Positions 6,587 to 16,402 of a stretch of 32,000 nt of DNA are shown in pieces (position 1 is the stretch's first letter; each line of letters begins with the position of its first letter). A model generated the notes under the pieces. That model did no database searches and had not been told where the DNA came from. It saw nothing but the letters and a program-made list of their open reading frames with translations. The DNA lies in contig CAYRPF010000009.1 of the NCBI GenBank assembly GCA_964426185.1, positions 1-32,000 of the forward strand. Reading direction: 5' to 3'. The position numbers and the translations under genes were made by a program. The DNA comes from an uncultured archaeon. GTDB taxonomy: Archaea > Asgardarchaeota > Lokiarchaeia > Sigyniarchaeales > Promethearchaeaceae.

Positions 6587-8470
6587 ATGACAGATAATTA
6601 TGACTTCTTATTTAAATGTGTGATCCTCGGAGATGGCGGCGCTGGAAAAACTGCCATTGTTGTAAGGTTTTCTCAAGGATTTTTCAAGGAGCATTATAAA
6701 ATGACCATCGGTGTTGAATTCGCAGTAAAAAACATCCAAGTCAAAGCCGCTGAAAACCACACCTATAATGTCAAGTTACAAATTTGGGATACAGGTGGTC
6801 AAGATAGGTTCCAATACGTTCGTCCTCTTTACTACAAGGGTGCAATGGGTTGTATTGTTTTATTTGATATCACAAATCGTGAAAGTTTTGAGCATATTCC
6901 ACGGTGGGTTGAAGAAATACGCAAAGAAGCAGGGAAAATACCGACTTTGATTGTTGGGAATAAAAGCGATTTGAGTCTTCAACGAGTAGTTTCCCGGAAA
7001 GAAGCGGAGAAATTTGCCAAGAAATTAGGTTTTCTTTATGCAGAATCGAGTGCTAAAAGTGGAGCAGGAGTGGGAGATATTTTTGAGATTTTGGCTTTAA
7101 TGATGATTGGTGAAGAAGTTCCAAAAGAGTTGATTGAAGAGAACCTCGTTAAACAGTTGGAATCTTCACTAAAGCCTGTAGAGACAAGCACTTCAGTACC
7201 AAAACCATTGGGTATGTCTTCTTCTTCAAAATTAACGAGTCCACAGTTCTTAAATTCCCAAAAACAAGTTATTTCACCAAAAACAAGTGAAAAATTAGCT
7301 GGTGAATCTGGAATTTCTCCAGAGAAATCAACTAAATTTGAACCTTCGACAGTAAATCCTTTCAAAACCAGTCCCTTAGTCAGTTCAAAAGCCAGTCCAT
7401 TTAAATCTTTAAAAAATAAACCCACTCAAGTGGAAGAACCCCAAAAAGTTTCAATCTCGGAGGAAAAACCTATTTTTGAGCCGATAAGAAGAAAAACATT
7501 TCCAACAGCTGCGAGACATGAAAAAAATTCTATGGATGATGAACTATTCATCCCCAAACCACCCCCCAATCCATTTGTTCCCAAAAAACCTATTCCCGCA
7601 AAAAAACATGTCTCAGTATCTGGAACTAAACCAAATTTTCATGAAGAAATAATACATGGAAAATCTACCACAGCAGAAACTTTAGAAAACTCACCTTTTG
7701 TGAAACAAACAAGTGATTCTGGAATTAATACTATTGTTCCTTTTGAAAAACAAGAAGTTAACCCATTCCTTGCCATTAAATCGGAAAAAATTGAACCAGA
7801 AAAACCTCAAGTAGATTCTATAAACTTTTTTATCCCAGACGTTCCACCAAAGCCTTCCTCAAAACCTAAGGAACAACCAGTAAAGCATTCATCACCGACC
7901 TCCTTGCTAAATCAATCTCCAATACCAAAATTATCTTCCATATCAGGTTCAACACCAAAGTCAACATCATTTTCTACCCAATCCAATATTAAGGCGGAAA
8001 ATTCTGCTTCTAATGGTAGTTCTAAGAGTTTCATTCCCTCAACTCCAAAACCATTTACAAATCCCCAATCAATATCAACACATACTGAAGATATATCTTC
8101 AAATAGTGCCATTCCATTTGTCGATTCCAAACCAGCATCGACTACCGTGAAAATCGATAACAAACTCAAACCTTTTATAGTAGGTGAAGAACCTTCTAAA
8201 CAAGAAAATGATGTAAACTTGAATCGTGAAATGATAGAACAAAATCTCCAATTAAAAATACAGACAAAGACCTTTACTGGAACTACAAACCCATTTTTAA
8301 CTCCGAAAATTACTGCAGTCCCACAAGTTCCTAAAAAACATGCTTCAAATCCTTTAATTAAAAAACCAGACAATAGTGAACCCAAACAAGTTGTATGTCC
8401 AAATTGTGGTCATGTTCTTCCCAGTAAATTTAAATTTTGCAATAAATGCGGCGCACAAATTAACAAATGA
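6587..8470 (+). CDS. Rab-like small GTPase with long disordered P/S/K-rich tail and C-terminal zinc ribbon
   Basis: YDFLFK, G1 GDGGAGKT, TIGVEF (RabF1), KLQIWDTGGQ (RabF2/G3), YYKGA (RabF4), LFDIT (RabF5), NKSD, SAK; CPNC..CNKC at the end. ATG 6587 preferred over TTG 6551. Confidence 0.92.
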   Translation: MTDNYDFLFKCVILGDGGAGKTAIVVRFSQGFFKEHYKMTIGVEFAVKNIQVKAAENHTYNVKLQIWDTGGQDRFQYVRPLYYKGAMGCIVLFDITNRESFEHIPRWVEEIRKEAGKIPTLIVGNKSDLSLQRVVSRKEAEKFAKKLGFLYAESSAKSGAGVGDIFEILALMMIGEEVPKELIEENLVKQLESSLKPVETSTSVPKPLGMSSSSKLTSPQFLNSQKQVISPKTSEKLAGESGISPEKSTKFEPSTVNPFKTSPLVSSKASPFKSLKNKPTQVEEPQKVSISEEKPIFEPIRRKTFPTAARHEKNSMDDELFIPKPPPNPFVPKKPIPAKKHVSVSGTKPNFHEEIIHGKSTTAETLENSPFVKQTSDSGINTIVPFEKQEVNPFLAIKSEKIEPEKPQVDSINFFIPDVPPKPSSKPKEQPVKHSSPTSLLNQSPIPKLSSISGSTPKSTSFSTQSNIKAENSASNGSSKSFIPSTPKPFTNPQSISTHTEDISSNSAIPFVDSKPASTTVKIDNKLKPFIVGEEPSKQENDVNLNREMIEQNLQLKIQTKTFTGTTNPFLTPKITAVPQVPKKHASNPLIKKPDNSEPKQVVCPNCGHVLPSKFKFCNKCGAQINK

Positions 8471-8476
8471 GCAATT

Positions 8477-8878
8477 ATGAGTGAATTCAATCTTAGATTA
8501 TCAGAACTCCAAAAGCAAATCCACGAAATAATTATGGAATTTGGGGGATATTGGGATCCTCTGGTTATGTTAGCTGCAGTAGTGGAAGAAGTAGGGGAAT
8601 TAAGTCGTGAAATAACCCACTTTACTGGAATTAAGCCAAAAAAAACCTCAGAATTTCACAAATCTGGTATCTTTCAAAATTCTCTTGTTTCTCATGATTC
8701 ACTTGATTATCATCAATCTATAACCGCGCTATCTGAAGAATTAGGTGATACAATGTTCAGCTTAATCTGTATTGCCAATTACTACAAAATTGATTTGGAG
8801 AAAATCATGCCTCAAATCTTACTGAAATATAAAAATAGAGATAAAAATCGATTTTCTTCACACGAGAAAATTCAATGA
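8477..8878 (+). CDS. MazG-like nucleotide pyrophosphohydrolase (YpjD-type)
   Basis: GGYW.PL.MLAAVVEEVGELSRE...EELGD.MF.LICIAN, KY..RD..R. Confidence 0.9.
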   Translation: MSEFNLRLSELQKQIHEIIMEFGGYWDPLVMLAAVVEEVGELSREITHFTGIKPKKTSEFHKSGIFQNSLVSHDSLDYHQSITALSEELGDTMFSLICIANYYKIDLEKIMPQILLKYKNRDKNRFSSHEKIQ

Positions 8879-9126
8879 TTCCATTCTTTAATAATAAGAT
8901 GGCTGGAACTTTCAAAGATAGCGGGAATTTGATCGATTTCTTCCAGAAACTTTCGATTAATGGTTTCTGTATTATCTGCCGCCAAAATGAACATCAAATC
9001 GTATTCTCCAGTGATATAAGAGATTTGTTGAACCTCAGGAATCTTTTGCAGTTGGGCAATCACTTCCAAACTTTTTCCCACTTCAACTTTAACAAAAGTC
9101 ATAATCTTTACTATGGTTTTTCTCAT
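8872..9126 (-). CDS. stand-alone Lrp/AsnC ligand-binding (RAM) domain protein
   Basis: FVKVEVGK...IPEV....ITGEYDL...IDQIPAI..S.SHLI; no HTH; ATG 9126 overlaps the upstream TGA (ATGA). Confidence 0.85.
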   Translation of the reverse strand: MRKTIVKIMTFVKVEVGKSLEVIAQLQKIPEVQQISYITGEYDLMFILAADNTETINRKFLEEIDQIPAIFESSSHLIIKEWNH

Positions 9127-9365
9127 TTCTGCCACACCTCCAATACAAAATGCGAATGAATCTCTTTTAAACCCGGAATTTTTTCAATATTTTCAAATAT
9201 CGGAACCAAATCTTCGCTGCTGGGTACAGTGATTTCTATTAATAAATCAAAATAACCAGAAATCAATTGGATTTTTCGTATTTCTGAAATATTTTTCAAA
9301 GGGGCTAAAAAGTCCTTTTTATATTGCGGTTTAATTTTCAAAAAGCTGACAACATGAATTTCCAT
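9123..9365 (-). CDS. stand-alone Lrp/AsnC ligand-binding (RAM) domain protein
   Basis: FLKIKP...ISEI....ISGYFDLLIEI...IEKIPGLKEIHSHFVL; no HTH. Confidence 0.85.
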   Translation of the reverse strand: MEIHVVSFLKIKPQYKKDFLAPLKNISEIRKIQLISGYFDLLIEITVPSSEDLVPIFENIEKIPGLKEIHSHFVLEVWQK

Positions 9366-9405
9366 TTTTATTCACTTTTTCCTATTTTTTCATTGAATTT
9401 TGCTA

Positions 9406-10746
9406 TTATTTCTTGTTAATTGTAGGTAAGGATCGATCTACACTCTGATTTAAAACTAAAAGGATTTTATAATGTTTTAATCCAGGCAGTTTTGCAATTC
9501 TTTCTTGAATAACTGAGTTCATACTTTTAGAAGACAGAAATTGAAATTCAGCCATTACATCAAATTCTCCTACCAAAGAACGAACTTCTCGGGCAGATTT
9601 GATGAGGTATAACTTCTTCATAACCTTTATGTGGGAGCGAGGTTCTATTTTCAAGAAGATATAGGCATGTATCTGGGCTTGAGTTTCACTAACAAACTTC
9701 GTCATAATTGAGATTACTAGCAAAAATATAATTATATACAACCATGAATAAGGAAAATGCTCATCTAGAAGAGTAACTCCCAGTATAATGTTAATTATTG
9801 GCTCGAGAAGTTGCAACACACCTACCCATAGATCGAATGATGCTTCTTTAGGCCAAGAAGTGGATAATGAATAATACAATAGATAAGGGCTAATGGTCAA
9901 ACCCAAAATTAAAAACATTCCATTTAGCGAAAATGTAATATCACCAATATTTGGTAATTCCAAGAAGAATTGTGAAATTTCATTTTGAATCAATTGATTT
10001 GTTATCAAAAATTTCGCCACTATCATTAAAGGGATGTAAGATATTACACAAAATAGGCTAAGTATGGCTAATTTCAAGAGAACACGAATTAATTTATAGT
10101 TTGGATTAGCATTTATAATATCAATTTCGTTTGCAGATATGCGATCCATACCGCTAGAAATTACGAAAAAGGTCAAAGCTAAACCATAAGCAATTATTAA
10201 GAGTAGAGATTGCCAAGTTAATTGTGAAACCGAGCCGATTGGTTGTGAATTAATTCCCATGATAACAGCAGCCGCTATCAAAGTAACTAAATAAATAAAC
10301 TTGAAAGCCGACATTTCTTCCTTTCCCATCCCCCATTTAATCGCTGCTATAAAAATCAAACTTAGAATAACTCCAATAGCGGTAGTTATGGCTCCAATAG
10401 TTTTTAAACAATAAAAAAACAGCAGAGTCATTAGATTTAATCCTAATATAGATATAATTAGTAAATATGACCATTGGGGGATATTGAAAAACTCTCGATT
10501 TTTTGAGGTGAAGTATTTCACAATTTGAAAAAATTCAATTTTAGACGGATTATTTTTCTTGAAATAGCCAATTATCAATATTACAGTTGAAATAAGGAGT
10601 AATGTTATTGCCATAGCTAAAAATCGAGTAAATATTATTATAAATGTAGAATATGTTTCAAATAATTGATGAGCTGGATAAGGAATTAACCCCCATAAGA
10701 TATTGCAAGTGCTCAATAGTAATATTTTCCACGTTAATTCCTTCAT
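9406..10746 (-). CDS. DMT/EamA-family transporter fused to C-terminal RAM domain
   Basis: ~10 TM; ILWG, TRF, LLEPI..I.LG..LLDE EamA motifs; tail AYIFLKIEP...SLVGEFDVMAE...IAKLPGL is RAM-like. Confidence 0.8.
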   Translation of the reverse strand: MKELTWKILLLSTCNILWGLIPYPAHQLFETYSTFIIIFTRFLAMAITLLLISTVILIIGYFKKNNPSKIEFFQIVKYFTSKNREFFNIPQWSYLLIISILGLNLMTLLFFYCLKTIGAITTAIGVILSLIFIAAIKWGMGKEEMSAFKFIYLVTLIAAAVIMGINSQPIGSVSQLTWQSLLLIIAYGLALTFFVISSGMDRISANEIDIINANPNYKLIRVLLKLAILSLFCVISYIPLMIVAKFLITNQLIQNEISQFFLELPNIGDITFSLNGMFLILGLTISPYLLYYSLSTSWPKEASFDLWVGVLQLLEPIINIILGVTLLDEHFPYSWLYIIIFLLVISIMTKFVSETQAQIHAYIFLKIEPRSHIKVMKKLYLIKSAREVRSLVGEFDVMAEFQFLSSKSMNSVIQERIAKLPGLKHYKILLVLNQSVDRSLPTINKK

Positions 10747-10977
10747 AATAACTCCCTTTTATTAACGAAAGCTGGTAAATAAAATTATGCCCATAGATCA
10801 CTCTATCAAGGTATGAGGAAAAAATTTAAACAAAAATGTTTTTTTTTTCAAATTTACTCCGAAATAGTTTTAATTTGATGCCGCTACACAATTGATTATT
10901 TAAGAGAATACATAATATTACTAATTTTCTAGTGTGACAAAAGCTTTAATTTGATGATAAGCACTAATTAAACTGGT

Positions 10978-12579
10978 ATGGGTGTGAAAGCGATTTCAAA
11001 CAAAGAAATGAAATATATTTTGGCTTTTGATCACGGAACGTCTGGAATGAAAACGGCTCTTTGCTCCATTCATGGAGAAATTTTAAGTTTTGCATTTCAA
11101 AACTATGATATGTATTATTTTGAACAAGGTTGTGCTGAACAAAACCCTGAAGATTGGTGGCAAGCTTTGTTAAAAACGAGTAAACAAGTTATTGATCAGA
11201 CTAATGTTGATCCTTCTCAAATAATCGCTATCTCCTCTAGCAACCAAATGGATGGTACCATACCTGTTGATGCAAATGGAAGCCTTCTTCATAATTGCAT
11301 CACATGGTTGGATAGTAGAGGTTCCACTGTCATTAAAGAAAAATTTGGGGGAATAATTGGGGGGTATAATTTCAAAACTATATCTAATTGGCTTTTTCGT
11401 ACTGGAGGCGTTCCTGGTCTTTCTGGCAAGGATATCATTGCTCACATTCTCTGGTTGAAAAAGAATTTTTTGGATATTTACGAACGAACGTGGAAATTTC
11501 TGGATTGTAAAGATTTTCTCAATTTTCGTTTAACTGGGAAAGTTGCCACTTCGTATGATTGTGGTATACTTACATGGCTGGTAAACGACACAGATATCAA
11601 TAATATTCATTATGATGATAAGTTAATTCGTTTAGCACAGTTAGATCGAGAGAAACTTCCAGAAATTTATCCAGCAACTCATATTTTAGGTCCTGTACTT
11701 CCTGAAGTCTCCCAAGAGATAGGAATTCCCAGAAACACTCAAGTTATCATTGGAGCTGGGGATATGGCAAGCGCAGCGATAGGATCTGGTGCTCTAAATC
11801 CAGGACAGGCACATGTATGTCTTGGTAGTTCATCTTGGATTATCACTCATACACCTCGTCGAAAGTTGGATATTGATCATTACATTGGATCAATTCCTTC
11901 AGCCATGCCATCTATGTATATGATTGTCGGCGAACAAGAAGCAGCAGGAATCACCTTATCTTGGTTAAAAGACAATATCTTATACCATAAGGATCAACTC
12001 CTACAGGAAGAACAAAAACCCGATGTTTACAAAATTTTTGACTCTTTGGTTGATGAAGTGCCCCCTGGTGCAAATAATCTGATCTTTACCCCTTGGTTGT
12101 ATGGGGAACGCAGTCCTATGGAGGATCATACTCTCAGGGGTGGATTATTTAATATCAGTTTGGATACCGATCGTCGCCATCTTTTACGTGCGATATTTGA
12201 GGGGGTGGCATTTAATTCCAGGTGGTTACTTCAATACGAAGAGCGATTGATTGGGCGAAAATTTTCAGAGATTTCGATGATTGGGGGCGGTGCATCTAGT
12301 GATGTTTGGTGTCAAATATACGCTGATATTCTAAATCGAAAAATAAAGCAAGTAGAAGGCGGTAAAGAGGCAAATTCCATCGGAGCTTCCCTAATTGCTT
12401 CTGTGGCTTTAGGAAAAATAAAATGGGGTGATATTCCTAATTTGATTAAATTTAAAGCAGAATATACACCTCGCTTGGAATATAAAGAAACATATGATAA
12501 ATTATTTCAAGAATTTACCAATATTTACACGAATAACCGCAAGATGTATCAGCGGTTAAACCGGTTCAATACGTCCTAA
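10978..12579 (+). CDS. FGGY-family carbohydrate kinase (xylulokinase-like)
   Basis: AFDHGTSGMK, AEQNPEDWW, WLDSR, GAGD, GERSP, RAIFEGV, IGGGASS; start may be ATG 11008. Confidence 0.9.
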   Translation: MGVKAISNKEMKYILAFDHGTSGMKTALCSIHGEILSFAFQNYDMYYFEQGCAEQNPEDWWQALLKTSKQVIDQTNVDPSQIIAISSSNQMDGTIPVDANGSLLHNCITWLDSRGSTVIKEKFGGIIGGYNFKTISNWLFRTGGVPGLSGKDIIAHILWLKKNFLDIYERTWKFLDCKDFLNFRLTGKVATSYDCGILTWLVNDTDINNIHYDDKLIRLAQLDREKLPEIYPATHILGPVLPEVSQEIGIPRNTQVIIGAGDMASAAIGSGALNPGQAHVCLGSSSWIITHTPRRKLDIDHYIGSIPSAMPSMYMIVGEQEAAGITLSWLKDNILYHKDQLLQEEQKPDVYKIFDSLVDEVPPGANNLIFTPWLYGERSPMEDHTLRGGLFNISLDTDRRHLLRAIFEGVAFNSRWLLQYEERLIGRKFSEISMIGGGASSDVWCQIYADILNRKIKQVEGGKEANSIGASLIASVALGKIKWGDIPNLIKFKAEYTPRLEYKETYDKLFQEFTNIYTNNRKMYQRLNRFNTS

Positions 12580-12593
12580 GATCTCATAAGATA

Positions 12594-14633
12594 TCATTCT
12601 TCTTCCACAGTGACTTCTTCATAAACATTTTCTTGTTCAATTTCTTCCAAGAAACGCGATGGGCCGCTGATTTGATCGCTATCAAAACGGTGAATGATTT
12701 CTGGATACGTCAAATAAAGCACATCCTTTGCTCGAGTACATGCTACGTAGAATAATCGTCTTTCTTCTTCGATCTCCATAAGATCTCCGATAGAACGTGA
12801 AGAAGGCATTCGACCATCAACAAGATTAATTATATAAACCACTTTCCATTCCAATCCTTTAGCTTGATGCATTGTAGATAAAATTAAAGGACGTTCTTCT
12901 TCGGTACGATCTCCTTGAAGGATTGTTTCCCCTTTAAGATTATATTGGGTTAAAATATCTGCAAGAAATTCCCGAACGGAGTGATATTTAGCCGCGAAAT
13001 TTTGTAATTCGTTGAGGTCTGCGATTCTTTCATCCGCATTAGGATATTTATTGGAAAAAAAGGGAGTTACATATTTTGTGAAGGTTTTTAATAGATTTGG
13101 TAATTTGGGCCATTTATCTTCAGGAAGCATATTTCTAGAGTGTGAGGAAAAAACGAGTTTTCGCAGAAGTTTCTGCAATTTCCCTAAATTTTCCAGCCCA
13201 ACTTTGCGCAATCGTTTGCCCTTGAATACCATAGGTAGATTGCAGAATACAAATGCACTAAGTAAATTGGAATCTTGGCTAATTTGGGTAATGATTTTCT
13301 GGGCTCCATTATTGGATATTCCTTCATGCATTGATAATACCCGAATCCACTGAATTGTATCCGCATGATTTACTAAAATACTCAGATATGCTAGTAAATC
13401 CTTAATGTGTGCTTGTTCAAAGAATCTTACCCCTGCTCGTAATTCATAGGGAATATTTTGTCGAACTAATTCATGTTCAAGTTCTAATGCATGGAATCTT
13501 GCTCTGAACAACACGGCTTGCTCATGTAGTGGAATTCCTTCATCACGATGGGTTAAAACTTGTTGACAAATCAATTGGGCTTCTTGTTCTAGTGAGATAC
13601 ATGGAACAACCATTGGCATATCTTGATTTCCACGAACCGCACGGAGATTTTTTGGAAATCCTTTGGTATTTTTAGCAATGCTGGAATTAGCCATAGCCAA
13701 AATTTCTGGAGTACTTCGGTAATTTGTTTCTAACTTGTAAATTTTACAATCAGGAAAATGCTTAGGAAAATGTAACATGTGCTCATAATTACCCCCACGG
13801 AAACGATAAATTGCTTGTGCATCATCGCCCACCACTGTTATAGAAGCTGCTTTTTTACCTAATTCGTAAACGATCTGTGCTTGAATGGCGTTTACATCTT
13901 GAAATTCATCCACTAAAACATGACGAATTTTTTGAGAATAATGAGGGCCTATTTCAGGGTGTTTAAGCAATTTCAAATAATTTACCATGAGATCATCGAA
14001 ATCCATCACATTATTTGCGCGCTTTTGCTTGGCGAAAATTTCTAAGGTTTCAGCAATTTCTTGTTTTAAATGTTCATAAGCAGGATAGGTCGTGGATATA
14101 ATTTCTGAAAGTGTTTTACCTAAATTAATCATTTTGGAGTAAATATCTAAAATTTGCTCTGCTTTGGGATGTCGTTGCTTGTTTTCTTGATTAAATCGAT
14201 TAGAAATGATAAATTTCATAAATTGCTTTTGATCTCCAGAATCTAAAATTGTAAAATTAGGTGTATAACCGATGGATTTCGCATATTTTCTTAAGGCTAA
14301 ATTGGCAATATGATGAAAAGTCCCCGCTTTTAAGCCTCTAATTTGTTTACCGATAAGACCTTCTACTCGAGAAATCATTTCTTGGGCAGCTTTTTTTGTA
14401 AAAGTAACCAGAATGATGGATTCGGGAGCTACGTGATTCTCAATTAAATAAGCCACTCGATATGTTAACATCCGTGTTTTTCCTGATCCTGCTCCTGCAA
14501 TAACAAGTGCTGGGCCTTTAGGATGTAATACCGCTTCAAGTTGTTCGGAATTCAATTCTTGCTGGTATTTTGGTGGAATTTCGATTGTTGCTTTCTTTAA
14601 TTTGATAACTTTCTTTGTCATAAATTTTATCAC
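12594..14633 (-). CDS. UvrD/PcrA/Rep superfamily 1 DNA helicase
   Basis: LNSEQ, AGAGSGKT, TFTKKAA, VDEFQD, VGDDAQAIYRFRG, NYRS, TMHQAKGLEW, EERRLFYVACTRA. Confidence 0.95.
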   Translation of the reverse strand: MIKFMTKKVIKLKKATIEIPPKYQQELNSEQLEAVLHPKGPALVIAGAGSGKTRMLTYRVAYLIENHVAPESIILVTFTKKAAQEMISRVEGLIGKQIRGLKAGTFHHIANLALRKYAKSIGYTPNFTILDSGDQKQFMKFIISNRFNQENKQRHPKAEQILDIYSKMINLGKTLSEIISTTYPAYEHLKQEIAETLEIFAKQKRANNVMDFDDLMVNYLKLLKHPEIGPHYSQKIRHVLVDEFQDVNAIQAQIVYELGKKAASITVVGDDAQAIYRFRGGNYEHMLHFPKHFPDCKIYKLETNYRSTPEILAMANSSIAKNTKGFPKNLRAVRGNQDMPMVVPCISLEQEAQLICQQVLTHRDEGIPLHEQAVLFRARFHALELEHELVRQNIPYELRAGVRFFEQAHIKDLLAYLSILVNHADTIQWIRVLSMHEGISNNGAQKIITQISQDSNLLSAFVFCNLPMVFKGKRLRKVGLENLGKLQKLLRKLVFSSHSRNMLPEDKWPKLPNLLKTFTKYVTPFFSNKYPNADERIADLNELQNFAAKYHSVREFLADILTQYNLKGETILQGDRTEEERPLILSTMHQAKGLEWKVVYIINLVDGRMPSSRSIGDLMEIEEERRLFYVACTRAKDVLYLTYPEIIHRFDSDQISGPSRFLEEIEQENVYEEVTVEEE

Positions 14634-14716
14634 GGAGAAAATTGCGTTTCAATTTAGGATATTTGCAAACCTTTTAAAGAATTCCTCTCCGTTATATTAC
14701 TGATTTAGTACGAAAG

Positions 14717-15988
14717 TCAAAATCGCCGATTTAAAATTCCTCGTAAATCTGCAAGGAAAGCATCAATATGGCTTTGGGTGACATGTGGCATACTCACAAA
14801 TCTCAATAAAGACCACTGTTCGAAATATCCCAAATACCATCCATGCTCCCTTAAAATTTGGTTTAATTTGAAGATATTTCTCGGATTATCGTATTTATTG
14901 GTGAATTGGATGCCAAGAACATTGATTTGTGGGGATTGTGCGATTTGCAGATGTGGAATCTTCTGAATTTGATCTTCTAAATATTTCGTTAAATCCCAAG
15001 ATTGCTGCATGATTTTCAAAAATCCATCCATTCCTAATAAATGAATTAGACCCCAAAAAGCAATAGCTGGCGCTCCAGGTCGAGTTCCTAAAATATTGAA
15101 ACTCTTAAAACCACCTCCTGCCAAATAAGGAATTTGAAATCCATTTTCAATTTCAGTTTTCTGATTCCGAACTAAAATGATGCCAGATGGATTAACATTC
15201 ATTCCCATTTTATGGGGATCTACACTGAACGAAGAAATATAAGGAGAACGAAAATCATATGTCGGATATATATGCCCTAATTTCTCTAAAAATGGTAAAA
15301 CAAATCCGCCGAATGCACCATCTATATGTAGAAACTTACGGTGTTTTTTGGCTAATGATGAGATATTATCTATAGGATCTACCAATCCCAAAGAACTAGT
15401 GCCTGCTATCCCCACCAAGGAAATAGTATTTTCATCAATTAATGTTGCATAAATATCCATTTTTGGGCGATAATTATCATCTAAAGGTGCATATCTTAAT
15501 TCAATATTCATCAATCGGGCTATTTTTTTAAAACTATAATGAGCCGCTTCAGACAGGACGATATTTGGTTGTTTTATTTCGGAATGAATTGATTTTGCTA
15601 AATACATGGCTATAAGATTAGATTCAGTTCCTCCCGAAGTCATATTTCCTTCTATTGGTTGATTTGAAGTGTTTCCCAATAAATTTGCCATCATTTGGAT
15701 TAATTGAGACTCAATCTTTGCAGTTCCGGGATTTAATCCTCTATCCCCTAGATTCTTTTCCAAATACTTTGAATACAATTCAGCAGCAAATGGATGAGGT
15801 TGGGTGGACATTGCTCCCAAAATTCGACCCGAATTATAAGAAACATCCGACACAAGTTTTTCATTTATTAAATTATACACAAACTCTGGATTTGAACCTG
15901 AAATCGGGAAATAATTAGTTAAAAATGCGTTTGGAGAAAAGAGGCTATCATAATCTATTAAAATTTTACTTTTTTGGCTTAATTCCAT
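14717..15988 (-). CDS. mfnA: group II PLP-dependent decarboxylase (tyrosine/aspartate decarboxylase MfnA)
   Basis: GRILGAMST.PH, NLGD.GL.PGT, TSGGTESN, HIDGAFGG, DPHK (PLP lysine), GTRPG; ATG 15988 preferred over TTG 16051. Confidence 0.88.
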   Translation of the reverse strand: MELSQKSKILIDYDSLFSPNAFLTNYFPISGSNPEFVYNLINEKLVSDVSYNSGRILGAMSTQPHPFAAELYSKYLEKNLGDRGLNPGTAKIESQLIQMMANLLGNTSNQPIEGNMTSGGTESNLIAMYLAKSIHSEIKQPNIVLSEAAHYSFKKIARLMNIELRYAPLDDNYRPKMDIYATLIDENTISLVGIAGTSSLGLVDPIDNISSLAKKHRKFLHIDGAFGGFVLPFLEKLGHIYPTYDFRSPYISSFSVDPHKMGMNVNPSGIILVRNQKTEIENGFQIPYLAGGGFKSFNILGTRPGAPAIAFWGLIHLLGMDGFLKIMQQSWDLTKYLEDQIQKIPHLQIAQSPQINVLGIQFTNKYDNPRNIFKLNQILREHGWYLGYFEQWSLLRFVSMPHVTQSHIDAFLADLRGILNRRF

Positions 15989-16199
15989 TATTAAATCATC
16001 AATTCTCCATATATGTTTTTTTATTACACACAAACAGACTGTGCATTTCAAGGTAGATACTATCTAAAAGTATACTGTCCAGGCCAAATATTTTTCCTTA
16101 GCTCATATCACGCTAAAATTGCCTTAAAATTTTAGAATGATCTAGTTTATACTATTAAATACGAGTAATTAAATCACAAAATTGATTTCCCATAATAAT

Positions 16200-16375
16200 C
16201 AAAGATTTAACATTTTTTTCCTACTTATCGCTTAGTCACTTACCATTCAATAATTAATCGCTATATGTCCAAACTCCGATCTTATACTTCACTTTTTCAC
16301 AGTCATCAGATAACTAACACACCATCACATTAATACGTTAGTTCCCACCCTCAGATATTAGAAAAAGTTTAGAGA
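16200..16375 (-). ncRNA. candidate structured ncRNA / repeat element, copy 2
   Basis: 13-bp G.U-containing hairpin AACTAACGTATTA-ATGTGA-TGGTGTGTTAGTT; blocks homologous to 3203-3381(+). Confidence 0.6.
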
Positions 16376-16402
16376 GATAATTGAAAATAATTATTTTTAT
16401 TT

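Noticed and set aside
5759-8385. Alternative-frame and antisense ORFs (5759-6163, 5948-6193, 6768-6950, 7036-7425, 7912-8385) and similar shadows elsewhere
   Set aside because: They overlap well-supported genes, have no recognisable motifs, and are expected from low-complexity or codon-biased sequence
16296-16330. Fluoride riboswitch or hammerhead ribozyme (GTGATGGTG...CTGATGACT on -)
   Set aside because: Required P1/pseudoknot partners and the hammerhead stem II-GAAA arrangement are missing, and CTGATGA is not conserved in copy 1
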